A DNA stretch of 64,000 nucleotides from an uncultured Acidimicrobiia bacterium (GCA_965530755.1 CBESNA010000007.1:45205-109204), one strand, 5' to 3'. Positions 27,157-35,151 are shown, counted from the stretch's first letter. Notes: generated by a model from the sequence alone, not told the origin. Made by a program: numbers and translations.

Positions 27157-27312
27157 TCAGAGCAGAGGGGCCAGCGAGATCAGAATGAGAAAGACGACGA
27201 TGCCGGCCATGAGAAGACCGGCTGCGAGCTTGGGATGCGACGCCGTCTCAGCGCGACGGGACGTCGAAAGGTTCGTGCGGTGTGGTTCCGGCGTTGGCTC
27301 GTGGTTCGTCAT
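27157..27312 (-). CDS. small C-terminally TM-anchored protein (51 aa), last gene of the Rrf2 operon
   Basis: ATG 27312 overlaps the haemoglobin stop (ATGA). The product MTNHEPTPEPHRTNLSTSRRAETASHPKLAAGLLMAGIVVFLILISLAPLL has one TM helix. Confidence 0.4.
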   Translation of the reverse strand: MTNHEPTPEPHRTNLSTSRRAETASHPKLAAGLLMAGIVVFLILISLAPLL

Positions 27313-27743
27313 GTCGGCGGGTTCGGTCGAGCGCGGAGATCGGTGCCGGTGAGGCGCTTGGCCATCGCCCAGGCGTAGCCGTGGCCGCGCTTGCGGGCCA
27401 GTTCGGTCATGGGTCCAGTCCATCCATCGTCGAGGGTGGTCTCGAGAATCTCGAGCCATCGGGCGAAGAGCGCATCGTCGAAGGGCGCTGCCTCGTGCAG
27501 CCAGCGGTGGGCTTCGATCACCGTGTCGGCGTCACGATGGCCTTCGCCGAGGAGGAGACCGGCCCAGAACTCGGTGAGGTCGAGCGTGTGAGCCTGCCAA
27601 TCGACGTGGGCGATGGTCTCGAAGTAAAGGTGGAATCGGTCATCTTGAGCGATCTCGCGGTAGAAGCGAGTGACGAACTCGACGACGTGTTCTCGCGTGT
27701 CGAGATCGCGTCCAGTGTGTTCGGGGGGTCGAGTCCTGGTCAT
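27309..27743 (-). CDS. group III truncated haemoglobin
   Basis: 144 aa. FVTRFYREIAQDDRF...FWAGLLLGEGH...FARWLEILETTL matches the FWAGxLLGEG / WL motifs of Ctb-type trHb III as I recall them. Confidence 0.75.
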   Translation of the reverse strand: MTRTRPPEHTGRDLDTREHVVEFVTRFYREIAQDDRFHLYFETIAHVDWQAHTLDLTEFWAGLLLGEGHRDADTVIEAHRWLHEAAPFDDALFARWLEILETTLDDGWTGPMTELARKRGHGYAWAMAKRLTGTDLRARPNPPT

Positions 27744-28213
27744 CGTTGGGGCTCACCCGAGACCTCGTCGCCCCGCCGCCCAATGGAGAGCGGACTGCGC
27801 CTTCGGTGCACACTGAGATAGGTCATTCCGGTCGTACCGGCGACGATCGACCGCAGCGACCCCTTGGGTATGAGCGCGAGGTGGTTGGCATCGATCTGCC
27901 GCTCGCGCCGATCGACCGTGAGCTCGCCTGCTCCGGACTGGACGAAGACCAGCACGTCCACGTCGTTGTTGACGTGGGCGCCGATCTCCGAGCCCGGATC
28001 GAGACGGACGAGATTGGCGTCGAGGTCTCCGCCGTGGGGAAGACTCCAGATCGCACCACCAGGACCATCGGGTGCATCACCGAGGTCGACGATCACCACA
28101 TCGCCGCCCTGCGGAGCGCCTTCGCCGGCGTGATCGTCGAAGAGGTGCGCCCAGCAGGGCGCGTCGCCACCGAGTTCTTCCTGACTCATCGGGTCTGGTT
28201 CGAGCGTTGGCAT
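27740..28213 (-). CDS. cupin-domain protein
   Basis: LDPGSEIGAHVNNDVDVLVFVQSGAGELTV...HLALIPKG is a cupin beta-barrel pattern. Start moved to ATG 28213 (the track start 28252 is a TTG inside ywiC). 4-nt overlap with the trHb gene. Confidence 0.7.
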   Translation of the reverse strand: MPTLEPDPMSQEELGGDAPCWAHLFDDHAGEGAPQGGDVVIVDLGDAPDGPGGAIWSLPHGGDLDANLVRLDPGSEIGAHVNNDVDVLVFVQSGAGELTVDRRERQIDANHLALIPKGSLRSIVAGTTGMTYLSVHRRRSPLSIGRRGDEVSGEPQR

Positions 28214-28238
28214 GGGTGGACACTTCTGATGACGTGCA

Positions 28239-29072
28239 TCAGCCGAGAGCAATGGCGGTAGCGAGGATCACGGCGATCCCGACGATCGTCTGCTGGATGC
28301 CGATCACGACCGCAGGCCTTGGCGCCAGCCGAACGGCGACCAGGTTGGCGGCCGCGAGACTTGCGACGACGACGAGGGCGACGCCGGGCACCAGATCGAA
28401 CGCCCAGCCGAGGGCCGTCGCAGCGACAGCGGCCATCTGGGCGGCGTCGCTGTGCCAGATGGGCGCAGGCCGGGACTTGGCTCGCAAGATCTGGGTGCGT
28501 ACATATGGAATCGCAGCGGCCGATCGAGCAGCAATCACCACCCAGAGCCCCCACGCCACGCTCGTCGACGAGCCATCGGCGAGTGCGATCGCTGTGGCGA
28601 TGGAACCAATACCGATCGATCCGGCCAGCTCGGGGATCAGGCGCCGGCCGCGGCTACGCATGTCGAACCACAACTCGAGCCCGATCAGTGGCGCTGCCAC
28701 CGCCAGTGGCAACCAGAACGGTTCGGCCGCGCTTGCTGCGTAGACGACGAGCACCGCGAGGAGAGCTACCTCGGCGGCAGCGATCTGGGCCGCCAATCGG
28801 GTTCGAGGAAGCCAGCGATGTCGGAATCTGTCCACCAACACCAGCTTCAGCGGCGTGCGGGCCACGAACGCAACCATCGCAGCTGCACCCAGCGCCGCCC
28901 CGGGCGCTGACCACGCGACGAGCAAGCCGAGCAGCGCAGGCTCGGCGGTCAGGCTCCAGCCCCCGTGTTCAGACGGCAGGGCCACTGATCGCCACGAGAC
29001 ACCGTTCTCGGCCGACATCGACCGGCCGGACAACGCTGGACCGACAGCAGAAGCGGTGTCGGAGCTGGTCAT
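28239..29072 (-). CDS. YwiC-like integral membrane protein
   Basis: Start at ATG 29072 overlaps the Rrf2 stop (ATGA). N-terminal LPSEHGGWSLTAEP motif and about 8 TM helices, as in the YwiC-like family. Confidence 0.7.
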   Translation of the reverse strand: MTSSDTASAVGPALSGRSMSAENGVSWRSVALPSEHGGWSLTAEPALLGLLVAWSAPGAALGAAAMVAFVARTPLKLVLVDRFRHRWLPRTRLAAQIAAAEVALLAVLVVYAASAAEPFWLPLAVAAPLIGLELWFDMRSRGRRLIPELAGSIGIGSIATAIALADGSSTSVAWGLWVVIAARSAAAIPYVRTQILRAKSRPAPIWHSDAAQMAAVAATALGWAFDLVPGVALVVVASLAAANLVAVRLAPRPAVVIGIQQTIVGIAVILATAIALG

Positions 29073-29476
29073 GTTGTCAACGCCGAAGCATCGGCGACCG
29101 ACACCGCATCGAGCTGGGCGCGCAATTGGGATCGAGCCCGAAGCCACGGAACGTGCAGCGCGCAGGTCCCACTCTCGTCGCATGGACGGTCTGCGAGCAC
29201 ACATCGACCCGTATCGGTCGGACCCTCGATGGTCTCGATCACCGCCAGTACCGAAACATCATCGAGATCAGCAGTCAATGAATAGCCGCCAGACGGGCCC
29301 GGGTCGGAACGGACCCAGCCTGCGCGGACCAGTGGGGTCAAAACCTGCGACACGAACCCAGACGTACTGCCAACGATCGCGGCCAACTCCGGACCCTTCA
29401 CGCGTTCAGCCCTCGCAGCCAGCGCCTGCAACGAACGCACCGCCAGATCGCTCTTCCGGGTGACTTCTAGCCGCAT
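29069..29476 (-). CDS. Rrf2-family (NsrR-like) transcriptional regulator
   Basis: 135 aa. Rrf2 HTH (KSDLAVRSLQALA...ELAAIVGSTSGFVSQVLTPLVRAGWV) plus a three-Cys cluster site, CVLADRPCDESGTC. Confidence 0.85.
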   Translation of the reverse strand: MRLEVTRKSDLAVRSLQALAARAERVKGPELAAIVGSTSGFVSQVLTPLVRAGWVRSDPGPSGGYSLTADLDDVSVLAVIETIEGPTDTGRCVLADRPCDESGTCALHVPWLRARSQLRAQLDAVSVADASALTT

Positions 29477-29548
29477 ACTATGAGACTACTCCCAGCCGTG
29501 ATCGACCGCGTATTCCTACCCGGTACTAGAAATATGAACGGCTGACCT

Positions 29549-30226
29549 ATGCTCCTGCCCGTGAGCGGAACGCGCCCCCTCCAGCATCAAGCCCAGGCAC
29601 TCGGGGATCCGTCGCGTTTCGCGATCTTCGAGCACATCACAGCCTCGGCGACTCCTGTCGGTGTCTCCGAACTGACCGAACTGATGGGCTTCAATCACAA
29701 CGCCATCCGTCAACATCTCGTCAAGCTCCTGGACGCCGACCTCATCACCGAGTCGACCGAGAAGCGGCCGACTCGAGGACGCCCCCGCCTGACGTACCAG
29801 GCGAGGAGCGATGCATTCGACCGATTCCAGAATCGACCCGGTGGCTCGTACCAACGTCTCGCCGCCATGTTGCTGGATCTGGCGGCCTCCGGCGATTCCG
29901 CCTACGAGGTCGGCCGACGATCGAGCGCGTGCGACGAAACACCGATACCCCTCAGCGGCGACCCGACGAATGACGAGATCGTCGGCGCCCTTGCCAACCG
30001 ACTCGAGCTCGATGGATTCAGCCCTTCGGTGAAGGGTTCGAAGATCACGCTCGGTCGATGCCCGTTTGCCGACCTGGCTGCAGTCGATTCCGACATCGTG
30101 TGCGAGCTGCATCGCGGCCTGATCGACGGCTGCCTGGAGGCCATTCCCGGCACGGTCGCTGCTGTCTTGGTGCCGAAACCACCACGCGGTGCCGGTTGCA
30201 CCGTGCTCATCGATCCGATCAGCTGA
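29549..30226 (+). CDS. ArsR-like HTH regulator with C-terminal Cys-rich sensor domain
   Basis: 225 aa. LGDPSRFAIFEHI...VSELTELMGFNHNAIRQHLVKLLDADLI HTH, with a C-terminal CPFADLA...VCELHRGLIDGC motif. Confidence 0.75.
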   Translation: MLLPVSGTRPLQHQAQALGDPSRFAIFEHITASATPVGVSELTELMGFNHNAIRQHLVKLLDADLITESTEKRPTRGRPRLTYQARSDAFDRFQNRPGGSYQRLAAMLLDLAASGDSAYEVGRRSSACDETPIPLSGDPTNDEIVGALANRLELDGFSPSVKGSKITLGRCPFADLAAVDSDIVCELHRGLIDGCLEAIPGTVAAVLVPKPPRGAGCTVLIDPIS

Positions 30227-30251
30227 GAACCCCGACCCCAAGGACGCCCCC

Positions 30252-31637
30252 GTGCCAGCATTTCTGCTTCCCGTAGAGCCGGTCCTGTCCCTCGACGCCC
30301 ATCTCGCTACCGAAACCGGCGGCCTGGGAATCGAGACCGCGCTTCGAATCGGACCGGAGGCCACGATCGACATCATCGCGGCGTCCGGACTACGAGGACG
30401 GGGCGGAGGTGGCTTCCCAACCGGCCGAAAATGGACTGGCATCGCCGCCCAGGCCGATCTCCGTCACTTCCTCGTCTGCAACGGCGCCGAAGGAGAACCG
30501 GGCACGTTCAAGGACCGGGCATTGATTCGTGCCAACCCGTATCAAGTCGTCGAGGGACTCTTGATTGCCGCCTTCGCGATCGATGCTGAGGAGGTCTTCA
30601 TCTGCCTCAAGGCGAGCTTCGAACAAGAGATCGCCTCGATCACGACTGCAGTGCAGGAATTCCAACGCGCTGGCATCGGCGGCGACCACAGCGTCACCAT
30701 CGTCGCTGGCCCCGAGGAATACCTCTTCGGCGAAGAGAAGGCGATGCTCGAGGTGATCGAGGGCAAGCCACCGCTCCCACGCTGGTTCCCGCCCTACGAG
30801 CAGGGACTGTTCGCAGCCTCGCCGCAGGTCGGCTGGGAAGCAGGCCCGCACGGCGAACATCGCCGCACCGACGAACCCAATCCGACACTGGTCAACAACG
30901 TCGAGACGCTGGCCAACGTCCCCCACATCGTTGCCAACGGTGCCGAATGGTTCCGCTCGATGGGAACTGCAGACGCGCCGGGAACAATCGTTGCCACCGT
31001 TGTGGGCGATGTCGTCTCCCCCGGTGTCGGCGAAGTCGAGATCGGCACACGCCTTGGAACCGTCATCGACACCGTTGGTGGAGGCGTCGAGCCCGGGCAC
31101 ACCATCAAGGCCGTCTTCTCGGGTGTCGCCAACGCGGTCGTCACCTCGGCACAGCTCGACACACCCGTCAGCTACGAAGGCTTCGCCTCGATCGGCAGCG
31201 GCATGGGATCGGCGGGATTCATCGTCTACGACGAGACCGCCTGCATGGTCGATGCCGCCTATCGATTCTCGAGGTTCCTCTCGATCGAGTCGTGCGGACA
31301 GTGCGCGCCCTGCAAGATCGGCACAGGAGCGATCACCAACAGTCTGGAACGCATCGAAACCGGCGCAGGAGACGACAGCGACCTTGCGATCATGCAGGGC
31401 TGGCTCAAACGAGTCACCGATGGCAGCCGTTGCTACTTGGCGACCGAAGAACAGCTCGTCGTCGCCAGTGTGCTTCGAGCCTTCCCTGAGGAGTTCGCAG
31501 AACACCTCGAGTCGCACGGCTGCCCCCGACCCTCATCACGTCCGTTTCCCAAGATCGTCGACATGGCAGACGGCCAGGCGACCTACGACGACTCGTTCTG
31601 GCTCAAGCGACCAGACTGGACCTACGACGAGCCCTGA
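30252..31637 (+). CDS. NuoF-like NAD(H)-binding FMN/4Fe-4S flavoprotein (stand-alone)
   Basis: GLRGRGGGGFPTGRKW (FMN/NADH site) and ESCGQCAPCKIGT (N3-type 4Fe-4S site). I chose the GTG start at 30252 to avoid overlap with the upstream regulator; the track start is 30189. Confidence 0.8.
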   Translation: MPAFLLPVEPVLSLDAHLATETGGLGIETALRIGPEATIDIIAASGLRGRGGGGFPTGRKWTGIAAQADLRHFLVCNGAEGEPGTFKDRALIRANPYQVVEGLLIAAFAIDAEEVFICLKASFEQEIASITTAVQEFQRAGIGGDHSVTIVAGPEEYLFGEEKAMLEVIEGKPPLPRWFPPYEQGLFAASPQVGWEAGPHGEHRRTDEPNPTLVNNVETLANVPHIVANGAEWFRSMGTADAPGTIVATVVGDVVSPGVGEVEIGTRLGTVIDTVGGGVEPGHTIKAVFSGVANAVVTSAQLDTPVSYEGFASIGSGMGSAGFIVYDETACMVDAAYRFSRFLSIESCGQCAPCKIGTGAITNSLERIETGAGDDSDLAIMQGWLKRVTDGSRCYLATEEQLVVASVLRAFPEEFAEHLESHGCPRPSSRPFPKIVDMADGQATYDDSFWLKRPDWTYDEP

Positions 31638-31665
31638 CTGCGGGCTCGCCGTTACCGCCGGACGA

Positions 31666-33060
31666 TCACGGCTCGCCGTCGCCGGCTTGCAGCAGACCCA
31701 AGGCACCTCGGCCGGGGAAGTTGAAGGCGTGGGTGACCATCGGGTACAGCCCGTCTTCGGCCGCTTTGAGTTCGATGATCGCACCCTGCGCCGGTGAGAG
31801 GTCGACGGCCTGGGATCCCCAGTTGCCTTCGTTGCCCCTCGTGAGGAACACACCTTCTTTGATGACCGAATCGAAGATCGTGCCCACGATGTGGAACGAC
31901 GAGTCGATCGAGGGCCCGACGTTGAGGACGAACAGCCTGATCTCCTTTCCGGTCTCGATCTCGATCGGATTGTCCAGATACTGGAAGGCCACACCGTTGA
32001 ACATCACGAGGTCAGGAGCGGGCGCAGCGACGTCCATCTTGGCCATGCTCGACGGCTGACCTTGTTCGCCGAGATACCACTCGTGCTGGATGATGAAGAA
32101 CTCGTCATCGATCGGCGGCAATCCCTCTGCCGGTTCAGTGATGACCATGCCGAACATGCCGTTGGCGATGTGATGGATCACCGGGTCGGTACCGCAGTGA
32201 TACATCCAAACGCCGGCGTAGTCGGTCGTGAACTCGTAGATCAGCTCTTCACCAGGCGCGATCGAGCGCATCTCGTCGTTCCATGCGACCTGACTGGCGT
32301 GGAAGTCGATCGAGTGGGACAGCTCGTTGTCTGGCGAGTTGATCAGGTGTACCCGCACGGTGTCGCCCACCCTGGTTCGGAGGACCGGTCCGGGGACAGT
32401 GTCACCGAAGGTCCACACCGCCTGCTCGAAGCCCTCAGCCACCGTCATCATTCGTTCGGTCATCTCCAACTCGACGTCGATGAGATCGCCGCCGTCTGGC
32501 GCACCACCTGGGACCAGAGTGATTCCAGGTCCTTCGCCTCGCTGCGGCGCACGAGGATCACGAGGCTCGTAGGCCGGAGCTGTTGGGTCGGGTTCCACGA
32601 CAGCGAATCCGGGAGCGACCGTCTCCTGCGATGAGACGAGTTCGACCGGAGTACCTGCAGTGACGATCGCTCCGACCATGCCAGAATCAGCGTGGCCCGG
32701 GATGGAACACAGGAACGGCAACCCCTCCTCCGGCACATTGAGCTCGAAATCCACGGCCTCGCCGGGATCAGCCACGATCTTGGTTCCATCGTCGAACGTG
32801 ATGTCGTGGCGAACGGAGCCGACATTGGTGAAAGTCGCGCTGTAGGTGCCAGGCGCGGCGCTCACCTGCATCGGAGCGAAGCTGAACTCGTCTCCGATGA
32901 AGTTGATGGTGGCGCCGGGCTGAAGCTCCGAGCCGCCAGCTGCGGCCTGTTCCTCGACTGCGGACATGGCGTCGCCGATGGGATTCGGATCGTCGGACAC
33001 ACAACTGGCAGCGAAGAGTCCGACAGCGGCCACGAGGGCGACGGCGCAGCGTCTGTTCAT
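31666..33060 (-). CDS. nirK: copper-containing nitrite reductase NirK with N-terminal cupredoxin extension, lipoprotein
   Basis: Start at ATG 33060 (MNRRCAVALVAAVGLFAASC lipobox). The extra N-terminal domain has type-1 Cu ligands (VRHD...CSIPGHADSGM). The core has HSIDFH and WMYHCGTDPVIHHIANGMFGMV, typical of NirK. Confidence 0.85.
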   Translation of the reverse strand: MNRRCAVALVAAVGLFAASCVSDDPNPIGDAMSAVEEQAAAGGSELQPGATINFIGDEFSFAPMQVSAAPGTYSATFTNVGSVRHDITFDDGTKIVADPGEAVDFELNVPEEGLPFLCSIPGHADSGMVGAIVTAGTPVELVSSQETVAPGFAVVEPDPTAPAYEPRDPRAPQRGEGPGITLVPGGAPDGGDLIDVELEMTERMMTVAEGFEQAVWTFGDTVPGPVLRTRVGDTVRVHLINSPDNELSHSIDFHASQVAWNDEMRSIAPGEELIYEFTTDYAGVWMYHCGTDPVIHHIANGMFGMVITEPAEGLPPIDDEFFIIQHEWYLGEQGQPSSMAKMDVAAPAPDLVMFNGVAFQYLDNPIEIETGKEIRLFVLNVGPSIDSSFHIVGTIFDSVIKEGVFLTRGNEGNWGSQAVDLSPAQGAIIELKAAEDGLYPMVTHAFNFPGRGALGLLQAGDGEP

Positions 33061-33143
33061 GAGAGTTCTCGTTTCAATTCGGTGGGCGAGTGTTGATGGG
33101 AGGCAGAGCGATCTGCCATCACACTTCTGCCCTATTATCTGCA

Positions 33144-33162
33144 CTATTTCGTGTAGAAATAG
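33144..33162. promoter_or_regulatory. AT-rich 19-bp palindrome CTATTTCgtgtaGAAATAG upstream of nirK
   Basis: Perfect 7-bp arms (33144-33150 and 33156-33162) inside a conspicuously AT-rich patch (about 33125-33175), 84-102 nt upstream of the nirK start. Confidence 0.35.
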
Positions 33163-33220
33163 GGTAAAAGGTCCCAACACAAACAACCCAGAGGCTGCCG
33201 ACACGCCAACGTTCGAGTCC

Positions 33221-33547
33221 CTACGCCAGGCCGCTGCTCTCGAGACCGCCCTCGGGCCCGGTGGGCCGACGGTAGAACTCGACCGCAAAGGCGGCCGGAC
33301 CGTCGAGCTCGACGTGGTGCAGACGGCCGGGCGGGATCACCGCTGCACCGCCGGCCTCCACCGTCACGGCGTCGTCTGGTTCGTCTTCGAACACGAAGCG
33401 GACCGATCCTGAGCTCACGACGAGGCGACCCCAGACACTCTCGGCCACACGGTGCGCCTTGAGCAGGCCGGAAGGCACGGTGTCGTTGTCGAACATGTCG
33501 GTGGTTCGAGTCAGCTCGAAACCATCGGGGATGCTGATGTCGGTCAT
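33221..33547 (-). CDS. DUF1971-domain protein (TehB N-terminal-like)
   Basis: Start at ATG 33547. The 108-aa product contains FDNDTVPSGLLKAHRVAESVWGRLVV..G.VRFVFE, the DUF1971 pattern. Confidence 0.7.
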   Translation of the reverse strand: MTDISIPDGFELTRTTDMFDNDTVPSGLLKAHRVAESVWGRLVVSSGSVRFVFEDEPDDAVTVEAGGAAVIPPGRLHHVELDGPAAFAVEFYRRPTGPEGGLESSGLA

Positions 33548-33692
33548 GCGCTTACTCCTCTCGTGGCCGGTGCGGGACGGTCTCGACGTTCGCGACGTTC
33601 GCGATGCGGGGAACGTGCACGATCGTATTCCACGCTCCCTCGGTGCCACGACCCGGCCCCTCGGCCGACCTCTGGCTTAGTGTCGAGCCAAG

Positions 33693-35108
33693 ATGTTCAT
33701 TCGGGTCCTGGGCACGATCGCATTCGACGACGCCGCTGGCGTCCTCCAGCCGATCACTTCTCCGCGCCACCGACTCGTTCTCGCGATACTGGCGACCAAC
33801 AGGGGCGCCGTCGTCGCTACTGGCCGGCTGATCGACCTCATCTGGCCCGAATCTCCACCCATCTCAGCCGAGACCTCGCTGCAGGTCACGATCTCGCAAC
33901 TCCGCAAGCTGCTCGAACCGGACAGAGCTGCCCGAGCCAAGAGCCGCTACCTGGTCACCAAGGGCGCGGGCTACTGCCTCGACGTATCCGGAGAGCAGCT
34001 CGATCTCGATGTCGTTCGACGGTGCATCGATCGCGCAATCGAAATGCCTTCGGACTCCAACATGCGTGACCTCCAGTCGATGTGGAATCCGCCGATCTTC
34101 GCCGAGTTCGAGGACGCATCGTGGGCGCTTCCTGTCGTCGACTCGGTCGAGGAACGGCGGCTGGTGGCCGTCGCCCGTCACGCTGCCAGCGCCATCGAAC
34201 GGGGACAAGTCGACCTCGTCACGTCATCGATCCAGGCCGAACTCACCCGCCGCCCGTTCGAGGAACGGCTGGCCGGCCTGCTGATGCTCGCGCTGGCCCG
34301 ACAGGGCCGTCAGGTCGAGGCCCTCGCCGTGTATGAGGAGATCCGGTCGCGACGCCGAGACGAGCTCGGCCTGGAACCGACGGTCCGGCTTCGAACACTC
34401 GAGCGTTCGATCCTCGAACACGATCCGAGCCTCTTCCGACCAGCGCCGAGCATGGCCAAGCCGAGTTCGGCGACAGCGCTACCAGGTGGGAGGGAATTGG
34501 TTGGTCGGGCCTCTGACATCGATCAGCTGCGGAACCTCATGGCAACCAATCAGCTCGTGGCCGTTGTCGGACCGGCCGGTGCCGGCAAGACGACTGTCGC
34601 CCGCGAGGTGAGTCGTCGAGAGGATCGCCGGCGCACATTCTTCGTTGATCTGACGTCGGTTGCGAACGATGAACGTGTCGTGCGAGCCGCAGCAGATGCC
34701 ATCGGCCTGCTCGAGGAACCCACGCTCCCCACCGCCCGAGCTCTCGTTGCGTCACTCCGGCAAGAACCGACCCTTCTCATATTGGACAACTGCGAGAACC
34801 TCGTCGATGGGGTGAACGACGGACACGGAGACCGACGACTACGACCCCGACAGTGCACCGGCGCCGAAGAGTCCCACGATGGACCCCGAGATAGCCGACA
34901 CCCACTTCGGGATCGGTGTCGAGGCCAAACGCACCGGGGAGATCCAGTACGCCGACATGCCAGAGGATGGCGATGGCGAGGCGGCCGAGTACGACGGCGT
35001 CGACTACGGGGAGGAGTACACCGAACCGCAGTTCGACATCGCGGACGCCGAGGAGATGATCTACATCGACGCGATGGACGGGCCGGATGTCGATCCCCTG
35101 GAGGATGA
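33693..35108 (+). CDS. SARP (AfsR-type) regulator: OmpR-like DBD + BTAD + NB-ARC broken off after Walker B; aberrant Arg-rich tail
   Basis: Winged-helix and BTAD features (LLMLALARQGRQVEALAVYEEIRSRRRDELGLEP). P-loop VVGPAGAGKTTVA and Walker B LLILDNCENLVDG end near 34810. The last ~100 codons (GDRRLRPRQCTGAEESHDGPRDSRHPLRDRCRG...) have no family character. Confidence 0.65.
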   Translation: MFIRVLGTIAFDDAAGVLQPITSPRHRLVLAILATNRGAVVATGRLIDLIWPESPPISAETSLQVTISQLRKLLEPDRAARAKSRYLVTKGAGYCLDVSGEQLDLDVVRRCIDRAIEMPSDSNMRDLQSMWNPPIFAEFEDASWALPVVDSVEERRLVAVARHAASAIERGQVDLVTSSIQAELTRRPFEERLAGLLMLALARQGRQVEALAVYEEIRSRRRDELGLEPTVRLRTLERSILEHDPSLFRPAPSMAKPSSATALPGGRELVGRASDIDQLRNLMATNQLVAVVGPAGAGKTTVAREVSRREDRRRTFFVDLTSVANDERVVRAAADAIGLLEEPTLPTARALVASLRQEPTLLILDNCENLVDGVNDGHGDRRLRPRQCTGAEESHDGPRDSRHPLRDRCRGQTHRGDPVRRHARGWRWRGGRVRRRRLRGGVHRTAVRHRGRRGDDLHRRDGRAGCRSPGG

Positions 35109-35151
35109 CAGCGCATCAGCGGCCGACCTCAGTGAGGCTGCGATGGAGTGA
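34879..35151 (+). CDS. hypothetical highly acidic protein (90 aa), overlapping the SARP tail in another frame
   Basis: MDPEIADTHFGIGVEAKRTGEIQYADMPEDGDGEAAEYDGVDYGEEYTEPQFDIADAEEMIYIDAMDGPDVDPLEDD.... Third-position G/C-rich codons look coding. The frame is open from 16 more upstream codons (34816) with no start. No family recognised. Confidence 0.3.
   Translation: MDPEIADTHFGIGVEAKRTGEIQYADMPEDGDGEAAEYDGVDYGEEYTEPQFDIADAEEMIYIDAMDGPDVDPLEDDSASAADLSEAAME

Noticed and set aside
30189-30251. ATG 30189 as the start of the NuoF-like gene (as in the ORF track)
   Set aside because: It would overlap the upstream regulator by 38 nt and add a non-conserved Pro/Ser-rich extension. The in-frame GTG 30252 gives a normal spacing. 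This remains uncertain.
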